Of a stretch of 64,000 bases of DNA, positions 38,021-45,768 are shown piece by piece (position 1 is the first letter of the stretch; each line of letters starts with the position of its first letter). The stretch spans positions 201,238-265,237 of the forward strand of contig DASUCV010000004.1 in NCBI GenBank assembly GCA_036275915.1, read 5' to 3'. The translations under genes were made by a program, and so were the position numbers. The notes under the pieces are model-generated. The model did no database searches. It was not told the origin of the DNA and saw only the letters and a program-made list of their open reading frames with translations. The DNA is from Candidatus Polarisedimenticolaceae bacterium (GTDB lineage Bacteria > Acidobacteriota > Polarisedimenticolia > Polarisedimenticolales > DASRJG01).

Positions 38021-40915
38021 ACCGCCCCAGACGATCATCTCGGTGCCCGCGACGACACCGGCGTGACCCGACCGCACGTCGGGAACGAGCCCCGTGACGG
38101 ATGTCGGCTGCCAGGTGTCGGACGCCAGGTTGTAACGGCCTCCGCTGTTGTAGAGATAGCCCGCCATCTGGAAGTTCGCGCCGCCCCAGACGATCATCTC
38201 GGTGCCGTTCCAGAGCGCCGTGTGGGAGATACGCGCACCCGGAGCGCTCGCGGTGCTCGTCGTGCCGAACGTGTCGGTCGCCGGGTTGTAGCGCAGCCCC
38301 GTGTTGAGTTGGCTCCCACCAGCTGAACCGCCCCAGATGATCATCTCGGTTCCAGTCCAGACCGCGCTGGCGTCGGTGCGAGCCGCGGGTGCGCCGAAGC
38401 CGGAGTACGTCGGCGTCCACGAATCGGTCGCGAGATCGTACCGGCCGCCGGTATTCGTCGGATTGTTGTTGGCCTGGCCACCCCACACGACGAGCTTCGA
38501 TCCCGTCCACGTGAACGCCATCCCCGAGCGCTGGGAAGGCGCTCCCGTCGTCGACACGGGGGACCATGTATTCGACGAAGGATCGTAGATCGAGCCCGTG
38601 TTCAGGAAGTTGCTCCCGCCGGCGTCACCGCCCCAGATGATCAGACGCGTCCCCGTCCAGACACCTGCATGCGACGAGCGCGCTTGCGGAATGTTCGCCG
38701 TGGGGATCCACGCATCCGCGACCGGGTCATACCTTCCCGTCGAGGTTCCTCCGTTGAACCCGCAGCTGACGATCATCGCTTTTCCGGTCCAGACCGCCGT
38801 GTGGCCGGACCTCGCTGCCGGCGCGTTGGTCGTCGCCGTCAACGTCCACGCATCGAGCGCCGGGCTGTATCGGCCGCCCGTGTTGAGATAGGCCGTCTGG
38901 CCGGTGTTCGTCTGCTCGCCGCCCCACACGATCATCTCGGCGCCGGTCCACACCGACCCGGCCTTGTTGGCCGGCGGCGGACGCAGACTTCCTTCCGAGA
39001 TCGGGGTCCACGTATCCGTCGCCGGCGAGTACCTCGCCCCGCTGCGCAGCACCTGCGAGAAATAAGAGGTGCGACCACCCCAGACGATCATCTCCGAGCC
39101 GGTCCAGACGGTCGAGTGCTTCCAGCGGCCGGTCGGCACTCCGGGCCCGGTGCTCGTCGGCGCCCACGTATTCGTCGACGGGTTGTAGCGTCCACCGGTC
39201 GTGAAGCCGGGTCCGCTGGTTTCGCTCGTCGTCCCGCCCCAGACGATCATCTCCGTTCCCGTCCAGACGCCCTGCGGCCAGTCGCGCTTCGGCGGGACGT
39301 TCGCGCCGGTGCTCGTCGGGGCCCACGTGTCGGTCGAGGGATCGTAAAGACCGCCGGTGTTGTCCTGCTGTCCTCCCCACACGATCATCCGGCTCCCGGT
39401 CCAGACGGCGACGTGATTGCTGCGTGCGGTCGGCGTCGTCGCGTCGAATCTCGTCGGCGTCCACGAGTCGGTCGTAGGGTTGTACCTGCCGCCGGTGGCG
39501 CCCGCGCTGCCGCCCCAGACGATCATCTCTGTTCCGGTCCAGACGGCGCTGTGACCGACGCGACCGGTCGGAACGTTCGTCTGCGAGAACGGAATCCAAG
39601 CGTTGAGCGGGAGGCTGTAGCGCGAGCCGAGGTCGGACGTGCCGCCCGACGCGGGGTTCCCGCCCCAGATGATCATCTGCGTTCCGGTCCAGACTGCGGT
39701 GTGGCCGTAGCTGCCGCGGCTCGCGGGGGCGTTGGGTGGGATCGGCGTCCAGGTATCGGTCGCGGGGTTGTAGCGGGATCCGTCGTTGAGCGCCCCGATC
39801 CAATTCGTGTACCCCCCGTAGACGAGCATCTCGCTGCCGGTCCACAGCGCGGTGTGCGAGCGGCGGGCGACGGGCGCCCCCACCATCGTCGTCGCCGACC
39901 AGGTGTCGGTCGCCGGGTTGTAGCGATAGCCGGCCTGCGAAAGGCTGCCGCCCTCGTTCGGCTGGTCGGAGCCGCCCCAGACGATCATCTCCGATCCGGT
40001 CCAGACGCCCGTGTGGTAGTTTCGCGGATCGGGACCGTCGCTCCCCAAGCGCTTCCAGGTGTCGTTCGTGCAGGCGGCGTCCGGAAGGGCCGGTACTGCG
40101 ATCGCGTCGGCGGCGAGCGCCGAGCTCGGCTCGACCGTCGCCGCAGTGCTCTTCCACCATGCATCGAACGCCGGCTTGTCCCAGCGGACGGTCGCCGCCG
40201 TAATGGCGTCGGCGTCGGACGAAACGATCCGCGTGAGGGTGTAGGCCGCGTCGTCCTCTTGAAGCAGACCGTCGTTCTTCTCGAGCCAGGCACGACGTTC
40301 CTCGAACTCCGGCGGCGCAAGAACGACGGCGTCACCTGCAGCTTGGGCTCCGCGCCGCCATGTCGTCTCTCGGAAGCCCGGTCCCGAGCGATGCATCGCG
40401 GGGATGGACGTCAGGACCGCGGCGCCGCGCTCCGCGCTCTCCCTCGTACTGCTTTGAATTGCGCCGTCCGAGGCGAAGAATTGATGGACGAGCCGGTCCG
40501 CGAGAATTGGACGCACGAGCGCCTCGGCGATCAGTCTTGGATCGTTGTTGAGGGCGTCGAGCAGCTCGCGCAGGACGTCCGGCGCTTGCGTGCCGGCCGT
40601 CATGCGCTCGAGCTCGGCCTGAATCTCGGGCGCGGTGAGCGGATGATTCCAGCGCGTGGCCAAGACTGCCGATTGCCGCAGCGCGAGATCGACCTTCCCT
40701 CGAAGCACCTCGGGCGTCACGACCGTGTCGAAGGCGGGCCGAGGCTCGGTGCTCGCCCAAATCCTGTGCCGCCAGTACACCTCCTCGATCGACTTCTGGG
40801 CCGCGATGCGCTCTTCGAGGGTCAGCGCTCGAGGCGTCGCGTGGGCTGCACCTGTCATGAAGAAGGAAAGGGAAACCGCGACCACCGCGGCGCGAAGCCG
40901 GCGTTGACGGCCCAT
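36701..40915 (-). CDS. Giant secreted Kelch/MopE/TSP3 paralog D (1404 aa)
   Basis: Signal [40 protein letters not shown]. 14 blades. A ...[26 protein letters not shown]... unit as in B. Ends [11 protein letters not shown]. Lies 10 nt upstream of C. Confidence 0.9.
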   Translation of the reverse strand: MGRQRRLRAAVVAVSLSFFMTGAAHATPRALTLEERIAAQKSIEEVYWRHRIWASTEPRPAFDTVVTPEVLRGKVDLALRQSAVLATRWNHPLTAPEIQAELERMTAGTQAPDVLRELLDALNNDPRLIAEALVRPILADRLVHQFFASDGAIQSSTRESAERGAAVLTSIPAMHRSGPGFRETTWRRGAQAAGDAVVLAPPEFEERRAWLEKNDGLLQEDDAAYTLTRIVSSDADAITAATVRWDKPAFDAWWKSTAATVEPSSALAADAIAVPALPDAACTNDTWKRLGSDGPDPRNYHTGVWTGSEMIVWGGSDQPNEGGSLSQAGYRYNPATDTWSATTMVGAPVARRSHTALWTGSEMLVYGGYTNWIGALNDGSRYNPATDTWTPIPPNAPASRGSYGHTAVWTGTQMIIWGGNPASGGTSDLGSRYSLPLNAWIPFSQTNVPTGRVGHSAVWTGTEMIVWGGSAGATGGRYNPTTDSWTPTRFDATTPTARSNHVAVWTGSRMIVWGGQQDNTGGLYDPSTDTWAPTSTGANVPPKRDWPQGVWTGTEMIVWGGTTSETSGPGFTTGGRYNPSTNTWAPTSTGPGVPTGRWKHSTVWTGSEMIVWGGRTSYFSQVLRSGARYSPATDTWTPISEGSLRPPPANKAGSVWTGAEMIVWGGEQTNTGQTAYLNTGGRYSPALDAWTLTATTNAPAARSGHTAVWTGKAMIVSCGFNGGTSTGRYDPVADAWIPTANIPQARSSHAGVWTGTRLIIWGGDAGGSNFLNTGSIYDPSSNTWSPVSTTGAPSQRSGMAFTWTGSKLVVWGGQANNNPTNTGGRYDLATDSWTPTYSGFGAPAARTDASAVWTGTEMIIWGGSAGGSQLNTGLRYNPATDTFGTTSTASAPGARISHTALWNGTEMIVWGGANFQMAGYLYNSGGRYNLASDTWQPTSVTGLVPDVRSGHAGVVAGTEMIVWGGSPQTSGGGRYCLGTCALSTWYRDADGDGYGDDNVTTTSCDKPAGYVASRGDCNDANPAIKPSAVEVCNGIDDNCDGRIDEGFNVDGDAFTTCQGDCNDNDPTVYPGAPQLCDGKNNDCSDPSWPTVPANEANADGDAFRICQGDCNDNDATVYPGAPQLCDGKNNNCSDPSWPTVPANEADADGDGYRICQNDCNDSNPAVHPGAAEICNGIDDNCNGQVDENAQGVDTDGDGVHNACDNCPTISNPTQTDSDGDHVGNACDNCPNTSNASQSDVDGDAIGDACDNCPLAPNPSQVDTDGDKVGDNCDNCIAEPNPTQSDFDHDGEGDACDLNDGLIYIFGTDDKTYVEWQQETGPSAFNVYTGDLSVLRLSGTYTQAPGSNPLASRACQVTDQFSLDTIVPGSGQVEFSLVTGVTGGVEGSLGTNSAGTPRPNANPCP

Positions 40916-41072
40916 GACTGCCTCCCCCGCCGCCGGATCGACGACCGGCGGTCCTCCGTTGCGGACGTGTTACGCCGATAACTCGATGGCGTCAAGACAA
41001 TGAAGCGATTTGTCACACGCCCGAAGCCACGTGGCGGAGGCGGCGATGTTGCGGCCTCTCGGCAAAGGACTT

Positions 41073-42317
41073 ATGGTTCGCGATCGCGTGCGCATTCTCT
41101 ACGTTTCTCAGTATTTCCCCCCCGAAGCCGGCGCACCTTCGGCGCGCGTCCACGAGCTGGCGCGCGCCTGGGTCGCGGCGGGCCACGACGTCACGGTTCT
41201 CACGGCGTTCCCCCATCACCCGACGGGTATCAAGAAGAAGGAAGACCGCCGTGTCCTGACGCGCCGCGAGACGGTCGACGGGATCGACGTCATCCGGTCG
41301 TACGTCTACGCCGCGCCGAACCAGGGGACCGGGAAGCGCATGCTGTCCTATGCGTCGTTCATGGCGTCCGCGGCGGTGATCGGCCCCTTGCGCGCGAAGC
41401 GGCCCGACGTCGTCATCGCAACGTCACCGCAGCTCCTCTGCGGGGCGGCCGGCTGGGCGGTCGCGCGCATCCTGCGCGCGCCGTTCGTCTTCGAGGTCCG
41501 CGATCTCTGGCCCGAGTCGATCCTCGCCGTCGATGCGCTCCCCGACTCGTTCGTCGTGCGGCGCCTCCGCGGTCTGTCGCGTTTCCTTTATCGGCACAAC
41601 GAGCAGCTCGTGGCGGTCGGCGAAGGCTACAAGAGGAAGATCGTCGAGCTGTACGGCATCGACGCGTCGCGCATCGAGGTGGTCACGAACGGGATCGATA
41701 CGTCGACTTTCATCCCCGGCATTCGAGACAACGAGGTCCGGCGTGCGTACGGATGGGGCGATCGCTTCGTGGCGCTCTACCTGGGGACGCATGGGATGGC
41801 GCACGCCCTGGACAAGGTCCTCGAGTCCGCTGCGGCGCTCCGCTCACGCCCGGACATCTTGTTCGTGCTCGTCGGCGAGGGAGCGGAGAAGGCGAACCTC
41901 AAAGCGCAAGCTCAACGGCTCGCCTTGCCGAACGTCCAGTTCATCGATCAACAGCCGAAGGCGCGCGTGCCTCTCTTCTACGCGGCGTGCGATCTCGGCC
42001 TCGTCACGCTCAGAAACACGCCGCTCTTCCAGGAGGTGCTCCCCTCGAAGATCTTCGAGTACCTCGGCATGGAGCGCCCGATCCTGATCAGCGTCGACGG
42101 CGAGGCGCGGCGTCTCGTCGAGGCGTCGGGCGGAGGACGCTTCGTCCCACCCGAGAACGTCCCCGCGATGACCGAGGCGATCCTCGCGGTCGAACGAGAC
42201 CGCGCGACGTGGGCGGCCGCCGGCCCCCGCGCGCGCGCCTACGTGCTCGAGCACTACGATCGACGGCAGACCGCGGAGCGTTACCTCCGGATCTTGGAGA
42301 GAGTCGCCGCGCGCTAG
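41073..42317 (+). CDS. Family 4 glycosyltransferase (WcaI-like)
   Basis: VRILYVSQYFPPEAGAPSARVHELA...ATSPQL...FVFEVRDLWPES... matches the WcaI-type GT4 N-terminus. The start is chosen at ATG 41073 (MVRDRVRILYV); ATG 41046 and the start at 41010 are alternatives. Confidence 0.85.
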   Translation: MVRDRVRILYVSQYFPPEAGAPSARVHELARAWVAAGHDVTVLTAFPHHPTGIKKKEDRRVLTRRETVDGIDVIRSYVYAAPNQGTGKRMLSYASFMASAAVIGPLRAKRPDVVIATSPQLLCGAAGWAVARILRAPFVFEVRDLWPESILAVDALPDSFVVRRLRGLSRFLYRHNEQLVAVGEGYKRKIVELYGIDASRIEVVTNGIDTSTFIPGIRDNEVRRAYGWGDRFVALYLGTHGMAHALDKVLESAAALRSRPDILFVLVGEGAEKANLKAQAQRLALPNVQFIDQQPKARVPLFYAACDLGLVTLRNTPLFQEVLPSKIFEYLGMERPILISVDGEARRLVEASGGGRFVPPENVPAMTEAILAVERDRATWAAAGPRARAYVLEHYDRRQTAERYLRILERVAAR

Positions 42318-43642
42318 GACCCGACCGCCGCGAGCTTCCGCTCGAGCAGGCTCCCCGGCCGGACGATGCTCTGCGCACGATCCGGGCCGACCGAGACCAT
42401 TGCGACCTCGGTGCCGATGATCGCGCCGAGGCGCTCGAGGTAGGCGCGCGCGGCGGGCGGCAGCGCATCCCACGTCGTGATCCCGGTCGTGTCGGTCTTC
42501 CATCCGGGCAGGCGCTCGTAGACCGGCTGAAGTCTCATCGCGTCGGAGACGACCGGGGGGAAGGAGCGCACCGGCTTGCCGCCCTGCGTGTAGCCGGTGC
42601 AGACCGGGATCTCATCGAACGCGTCGAGGACGTCGAGCAGCATGATGCAGACGGTGTCGAAGCGGTTGATCCGCTGCGCGTAAGCCGCCGCGGCGCCGTC
42701 GAACCACCCGCACCGGCGCGGGCGGCCGGTCACGGTGCCGAACTCGCGGCCGCGCTTGCGGAGCGTCTCGCCGAAGCCTTCGGGGCCGTCAAGGAGCTCG
42801 GTCGGCATCGGCCCGCTGCCGACGCGGCTGCAGTACGCCTTGAAGACGCCGGCGATCGCGTCGACGCGTCGCGGCGAGACGCCGAGGCCGGCGCAGAGAC
42901 CGCCCGCCACCGTCGACGACGAGGTCACGAACGGGTACGAGCCGTGGTCGAGATCGAGGAGCGTGCCCTGCGCACCTTCGAAGAGGATGGAGCGCCCTTC
43001 GTCCATCCAGTCGTTCAGGAGCAGGGACGTGTCGGCGACGAAGGGCCGGAGTCGCTCCGCGTACGCCGTCGCCTCCGCCGCCATCGCCGCGGGATCTCCC
43101 GGATCGTCCCCCGCCTCGCGCAGGCGCCGGCCGTACTCACCGGCGACGAGACGCCCGATCTTGAGCGTCAGGTCCTTCGGATCGTAGAGATCGCCGACGC
43201 GCAGGCCGACCCGCGCGGCCTTCGCCTCGTACGTCGGCCCGATCCCGCGCTGGGTCGTGCCGATGCGCGCCGCGTCCCCCGCCTCGCGCTCGCGCGCGGC
43301 GTCGATGCGCGCCATCAGCGGGAGGATCACGTGCGCGCGGTCGCTGATGAAGAAGCGGCCGTCGAGCGAGATTCCGGCGCTCGCGAGGCCGTCGAGCTCG
43401 GCGATGAGCTTCGCCAAGTCGAGGACCGTCCCGTTTCCGATGACGATGCGCGCGTCGGGCCGGAAGACGCCGGACGGGATGTGCTGAAGCGCGTGGCGCT
43501 TGCCGCCGATCGTGACGGTGTGGCCCGCGTTGGGCCCTCCCTGATAGCGCGCGACGACGTCGAAGCGGTCGGAGAGGAGATCGACGACCTTCCCCTTGCC
43601 CTCATCTCCCCATTGCGCGCCGACGACCGCGAGGTTTCCCAT
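42314..43642 (-). CDS. purA: Adenylosuccinate synthase
   Basis: MGNLAVVGAQWGDEGKGKVVDLL...QGGPNAGHTV...TTQRGIGPTY...TGRPRRCGW. ATG at 43640-43642. Confidence 0.95.
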   Translation of the reverse strand: MGNLAVVGAQWGDEGKGKVVDLLSDRFDVVARYQGGPNAGHTVTIGGKRHALQHIPSGVFRPDARIVIGNGTVLDLAKLIAELDGLASAGISLDGRFFISDRAHVILPLMARIDAAREREAGDAARIGTTQRGIGPTYEAKAARVGLRVGDLYDPKDLTLKIGRLVAGEYGRRLREAGDDPGDPAAMAAEATAYAERLRPFVADTSLLLNDWMDEGRSILFEGAQGTLLDLDHGSYPFVTSSSTVAGGLCAGLGVSPRRVDAIAGVFKAYCSRVGSGPMPTELLDGPEGFGETLRKRGREFGTVTGRPRRCGWFDGAAAAYAQRINRFDTVCIMLLDVLDAFDEIPVCTGYTQGGKPVRSFPPVVSDAMRLQPVYERLPGWKTDTTGITTWDALPPAARAYLERLGAIIGTEVAMVSVGPDRAQSIVRPGSLLERKLAAVGS

Positions 43643-43667
43643 GCGGGCGCGATGGTAGCATCGCGTC

Positions 43668-45191
43668 ATGCGTGTTTCGATCGATGGATCCTCCCTCACG
43701 CTCGAGGCGGTCGAAGAGATCGCGCTCGGCGCGTCGTGCACGTTGACGCCGCGCGCGCGCCGCGCCGTCGCCGCCTCGCGGCGCGCGGTCGAGAAGGCGG
43801 CGCGCGGCGATCGCCAGGTCTACGGCGTCAACACGGGCTTCGGCCACCTCGCGAACGTGCGCATCGCGCCCGAGAACCTCGCCGAGCTGCAGGTCAACCT
43901 CATCCGCAGCCACGCGGCGGGGACGGGGCCGGCCCTCCCGCGAGAGACGGTCCGCGCGATCCTGGCCCTTCGAGCGAACTGCCTCGCGCGCGGCCACTCG
44001 GGACTTCGAGCCGAAACCTTGGAGGCGATGCTCGCCTTCCTCCGCGCCGACATCGTTCCCGTCGTGCCCGCGAAAGGCTCCGTCGGCGCGTCAGGCGATC
44101 TCGCGCCGCTCGCGCACGTCGCGCTCGCGCTCATCGGCGAAGGCGACGTGTTCCATCGCGGCCGGCGGATCGCCGCCGCGGCGGCGCTCAAGCGCGCACG
44201 TCTCTCCCCCGTCGTGCTCGAGCCGAAGGAAGGGATCGCGCTCATCAACGGCACGCAGGTCATGACCGCGATCGGCGGACTGGCTCTTCTGCGCGCCGAG
44301 CGCCTCGCGGTTCAAGCGGACATCGTCGGCGCGATGACCCTCGAGGCGCTCAAGGGATCGCATCGCGCCTTCGATCCGCGCATCCACCGCGCGCGCCCTC
44401 AGCGTGGCCAGCAGGTCTCGGCGGAGAATCTACGGAAGGTCCTGCGGGACAGCGCGATCGAGGATTCCCACCGCGATTGCGGGAGAGTGCAAGACGCCTA
44501 CTCGCTGCGATGCATGCCCCAGGTCCACGGTGCCGCGCGCGACGGGTTCCGCTACGTCCGCGAGATCTTGACGATCGAGATCAATGCCTCGACCGACAAT
44601 CCGATGGTGTTCGCGGAGCGCGGCGACCTCGTCTCCGGCGGCAACTTCCACGGGCAGCCGGTCGCGGTCGCGCTCGATCAGCTCGCGATCGCGGCGTGCT
44701 CGCTCGCGACGATCAGCGAGCGGCGCATCGAGCGGCTCGTCAATCCCGCGCTCTCCGACCTCCCCGCCTTCCTGGCCGAGGACGCCGGGCTGAACTCGGG
44801 CCTGATGATGGCGCACGTCACCGCGGCCGCTCTCGTCTCGGAGAACAAGGTGCTCGCTCACCCCGCGAGCGTGGACACGATTCCCACCTCCGCGGGGAAG
44901 GAAGACCACGTCTCGATGGGGGTCCACGCCGCGAGGAAGGCGGAGGAGATCGTGAGGAACGCGGAGACGGTGCTCGCGATCGAGACGATCGCCGCCGCGC
45001 AGGCGCTCGACTTCCTGGCGCCGCTGACGCCCGGCGCCGGCGTCGCCGCAGCGCATCGCGCGTTCCGCCGTGTCGTGAAACGCCTGAGGCGCGACCGCGT
45101 GCTCGCGCCGGACATCGAGAAGGCGAGGGAAGCGATCGTCGCTGGCGCGTTGCGTGAGGCGGCCGAGAAGGTGGTCGGAAGACTCAGTTAA
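43668..45191 (+). CDS. hutH: Histidine ammonia-lyase
   Basis: YGVNTGFGHLA. The MIO-forming GSVGASGDLAPLAHV motif. IRSHAAG carries the Ser-His pair typical of HAL rather than TAL or PAL. Confidence 0.93.
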   Translation: MRVSIDGSSLTLEAVEEIALGASCTLTPRARRAVAASRRAVEKAARGDRQVYGVNTGFGHLANVRIAPENLAELQVNLIRSHAAGTGPALPRETVRAILALRANCLARGHSGLRAETLEAMLAFLRADIVPVVPAKGSVGASGDLAPLAHVALALIGEGDVFHRGRRIAAAAALKRARLSPVVLEPKEGIALINGTQVMTAIGGLALLRAERLAVQADIVGAMTLEALKGSHRAFDPRIHRARPQRGQQVSAENLRKVLRDSAIEDSHRDCGRVQDAYSLRCMPQVHGAARDGFRYVREILTIEINASTDNPMVFAERGDLVSGGNFHGQPVAVALDQLAIAACSLATISERRIERLVNPALSDLPAFLAEDAGLNSGLMMAHVTAAALVSENKVLAHPASVDTIPTSAGKEDHVSMGVHAARKAEEIVRNAETVLAIETIAAAQALDFLAPLTPGAGVAAAHRAFRRVVKRLRRDRVLAPDIEKAREAIVAGALREAAEKVVGRLS

Positions 45192-45260
45192 CAGTTCACA
45201 GTTCACAGTTCACAGTTCACAGTCCGGAGACTGTTGACTGTGAACTGTCGACTGTCGACT
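45185..45260. repeat. Long imperfect inverted repeat whose arms are tandem heptamers (CAGTTCA x5 / GACTGTN x4); probable bidirectional terminator
   Basis: Left arm 45185-45224, loop CGGA 45225-45228, right arm 45229-45260. About 32 paired positions, including 3 G-U wobble pairs, with 3 mismatches. Lies between the hutH stop (45189-45191, inside the first heptamer) and the tRNA-Ala 3' end (45270). Confidence 0.6.
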
Positions 45261-45269
45261 TTCCCGGGG

Positions 45270-45345
45270 TGGTGGACGGCAAGGGGATCGAACCCTCGAC
45301 CTCGGCGTTGCGAACGCCGCGCTCTCCCAGCTGAGCTAGCCGCCC
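45270..45345 (-). tRNA. tRNA-Ala(CGC): tRNA-Ala (anticodon CGC), CCA encoded
   Basis: The reverse complement reads GGGCGGCTAGCTCAGCTGGGAGAGCGCGGCGTTCGCAACGCCGAGGTCGAGGGTTCGATCCCCTTGCCGTCCACCA. The G3:U70 pair is present. Confidence 0.9.
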
Positions 45346-45365
45346 GTTTTTCTCCCGGACCCAGG

Positions 45366-45440
45366 TGGTGGGGCGTGCAGGATTTGAACCTGCGACTTCC
45401 ACCGTGTGAAGATGGCACTCTACCGCTGAGTTAACGCCCC
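45366..45440 (-). tRNA. tRNA-Val(CAC): tRNA-Val (anticodon CAC), CCA encoded
   Basis: The reverse complement reads GGGGCGTTAACTCAGCGGTAGAGTGCCATCTTCACACGGTGGAAGTCGCAGGTTCAAATCCTGCACGCCCCACCA. The acceptor stem pairs 7/7. Confidence 0.9.
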
Positions 45441-45480
45441 TTTGTCGTCGCACTCGGCTTCGCCGTGCCCGAAGCGCGCT

Positions 45481-45720
45481 TTATAGCACACGCCCGACCG
45501 CGACCGCGATCTCGAACACCCCACCCTCGCGCGGGGTCTCGCCGAGGTAGACGTGTCCTTCGATGTTGCAGAAGGCGAGGACGTCGAGAGGAGCGGCCGG
45601 GTCGGTGGCGACGAGGACGACGCGGCGCCCTGCGGGGAGGCCGCGCAGCTTCCTTTTGAGTCGGAGGACCGGCACCGGGCAGTAGAGCCCGCGCGCGTCG
45701 ACGATCTCGTTTTCGGCCAC
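45481..45720 (-). CDS. TusA/SirA-like sulfurtransferase family protein
   Basis: VAENEIVDARGLYCPVPVLRLKRKLRGL contains the CPxP active-site motif. GTG start at 45718-45720; TTG 45729 is an alternative. The upstream part of ORF ..45861 was rejected. Confidence 0.75.
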   Translation of the reverse strand: MAENEIVDARGLYCPVPVLRLKRKLRGLPAGRRVVLVATDPAAPLDVLAFCNIEGHVYLGETPREGGVFEIAVAVGRVL

Positions 45721-45768
45721 GAGGGGCAACTTAGCATTTCTCCGGGACCGGACCCTATATTCCCCCCG

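Noticed and set aside
13945-40915. Diversity-generating retroelement or another targeted hypermutation system acting on the variable Kelch bodies.
   Set aside because: There is no reverse transcriptase, template repeat or Avd-like gene in the window. Variation is spread over whole paralogs rather than confined to a short variable repeat.
6048-41000. Calling the accessory block an integrative mobile element or prophage.
   Set aside because: No integrase, recombinase, transposase, phage structural or conjugation genes were seen, and no partial tRNA-Glu direct repeat was found by eye.
43668-45191. hutH as part of a natural-product (PAL/TAL-type ammonia-lyase) cluster.
   Set aside because: The Ser-His selectivity pair (IRSHAAG) fits a genuine histidine ammonia-lyase, and no biosynthetic genes are adjacent. 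It is simply a lone hutH without hutU or hutI in this window.
45203-45453. Small ORFs 45203..45418-, 45217..45453- and 45234..45434+.
   Set aside because: They lie over the heptamer hairpin and the tRNA-Ala and tRNA-Val genes, so they are not coding.
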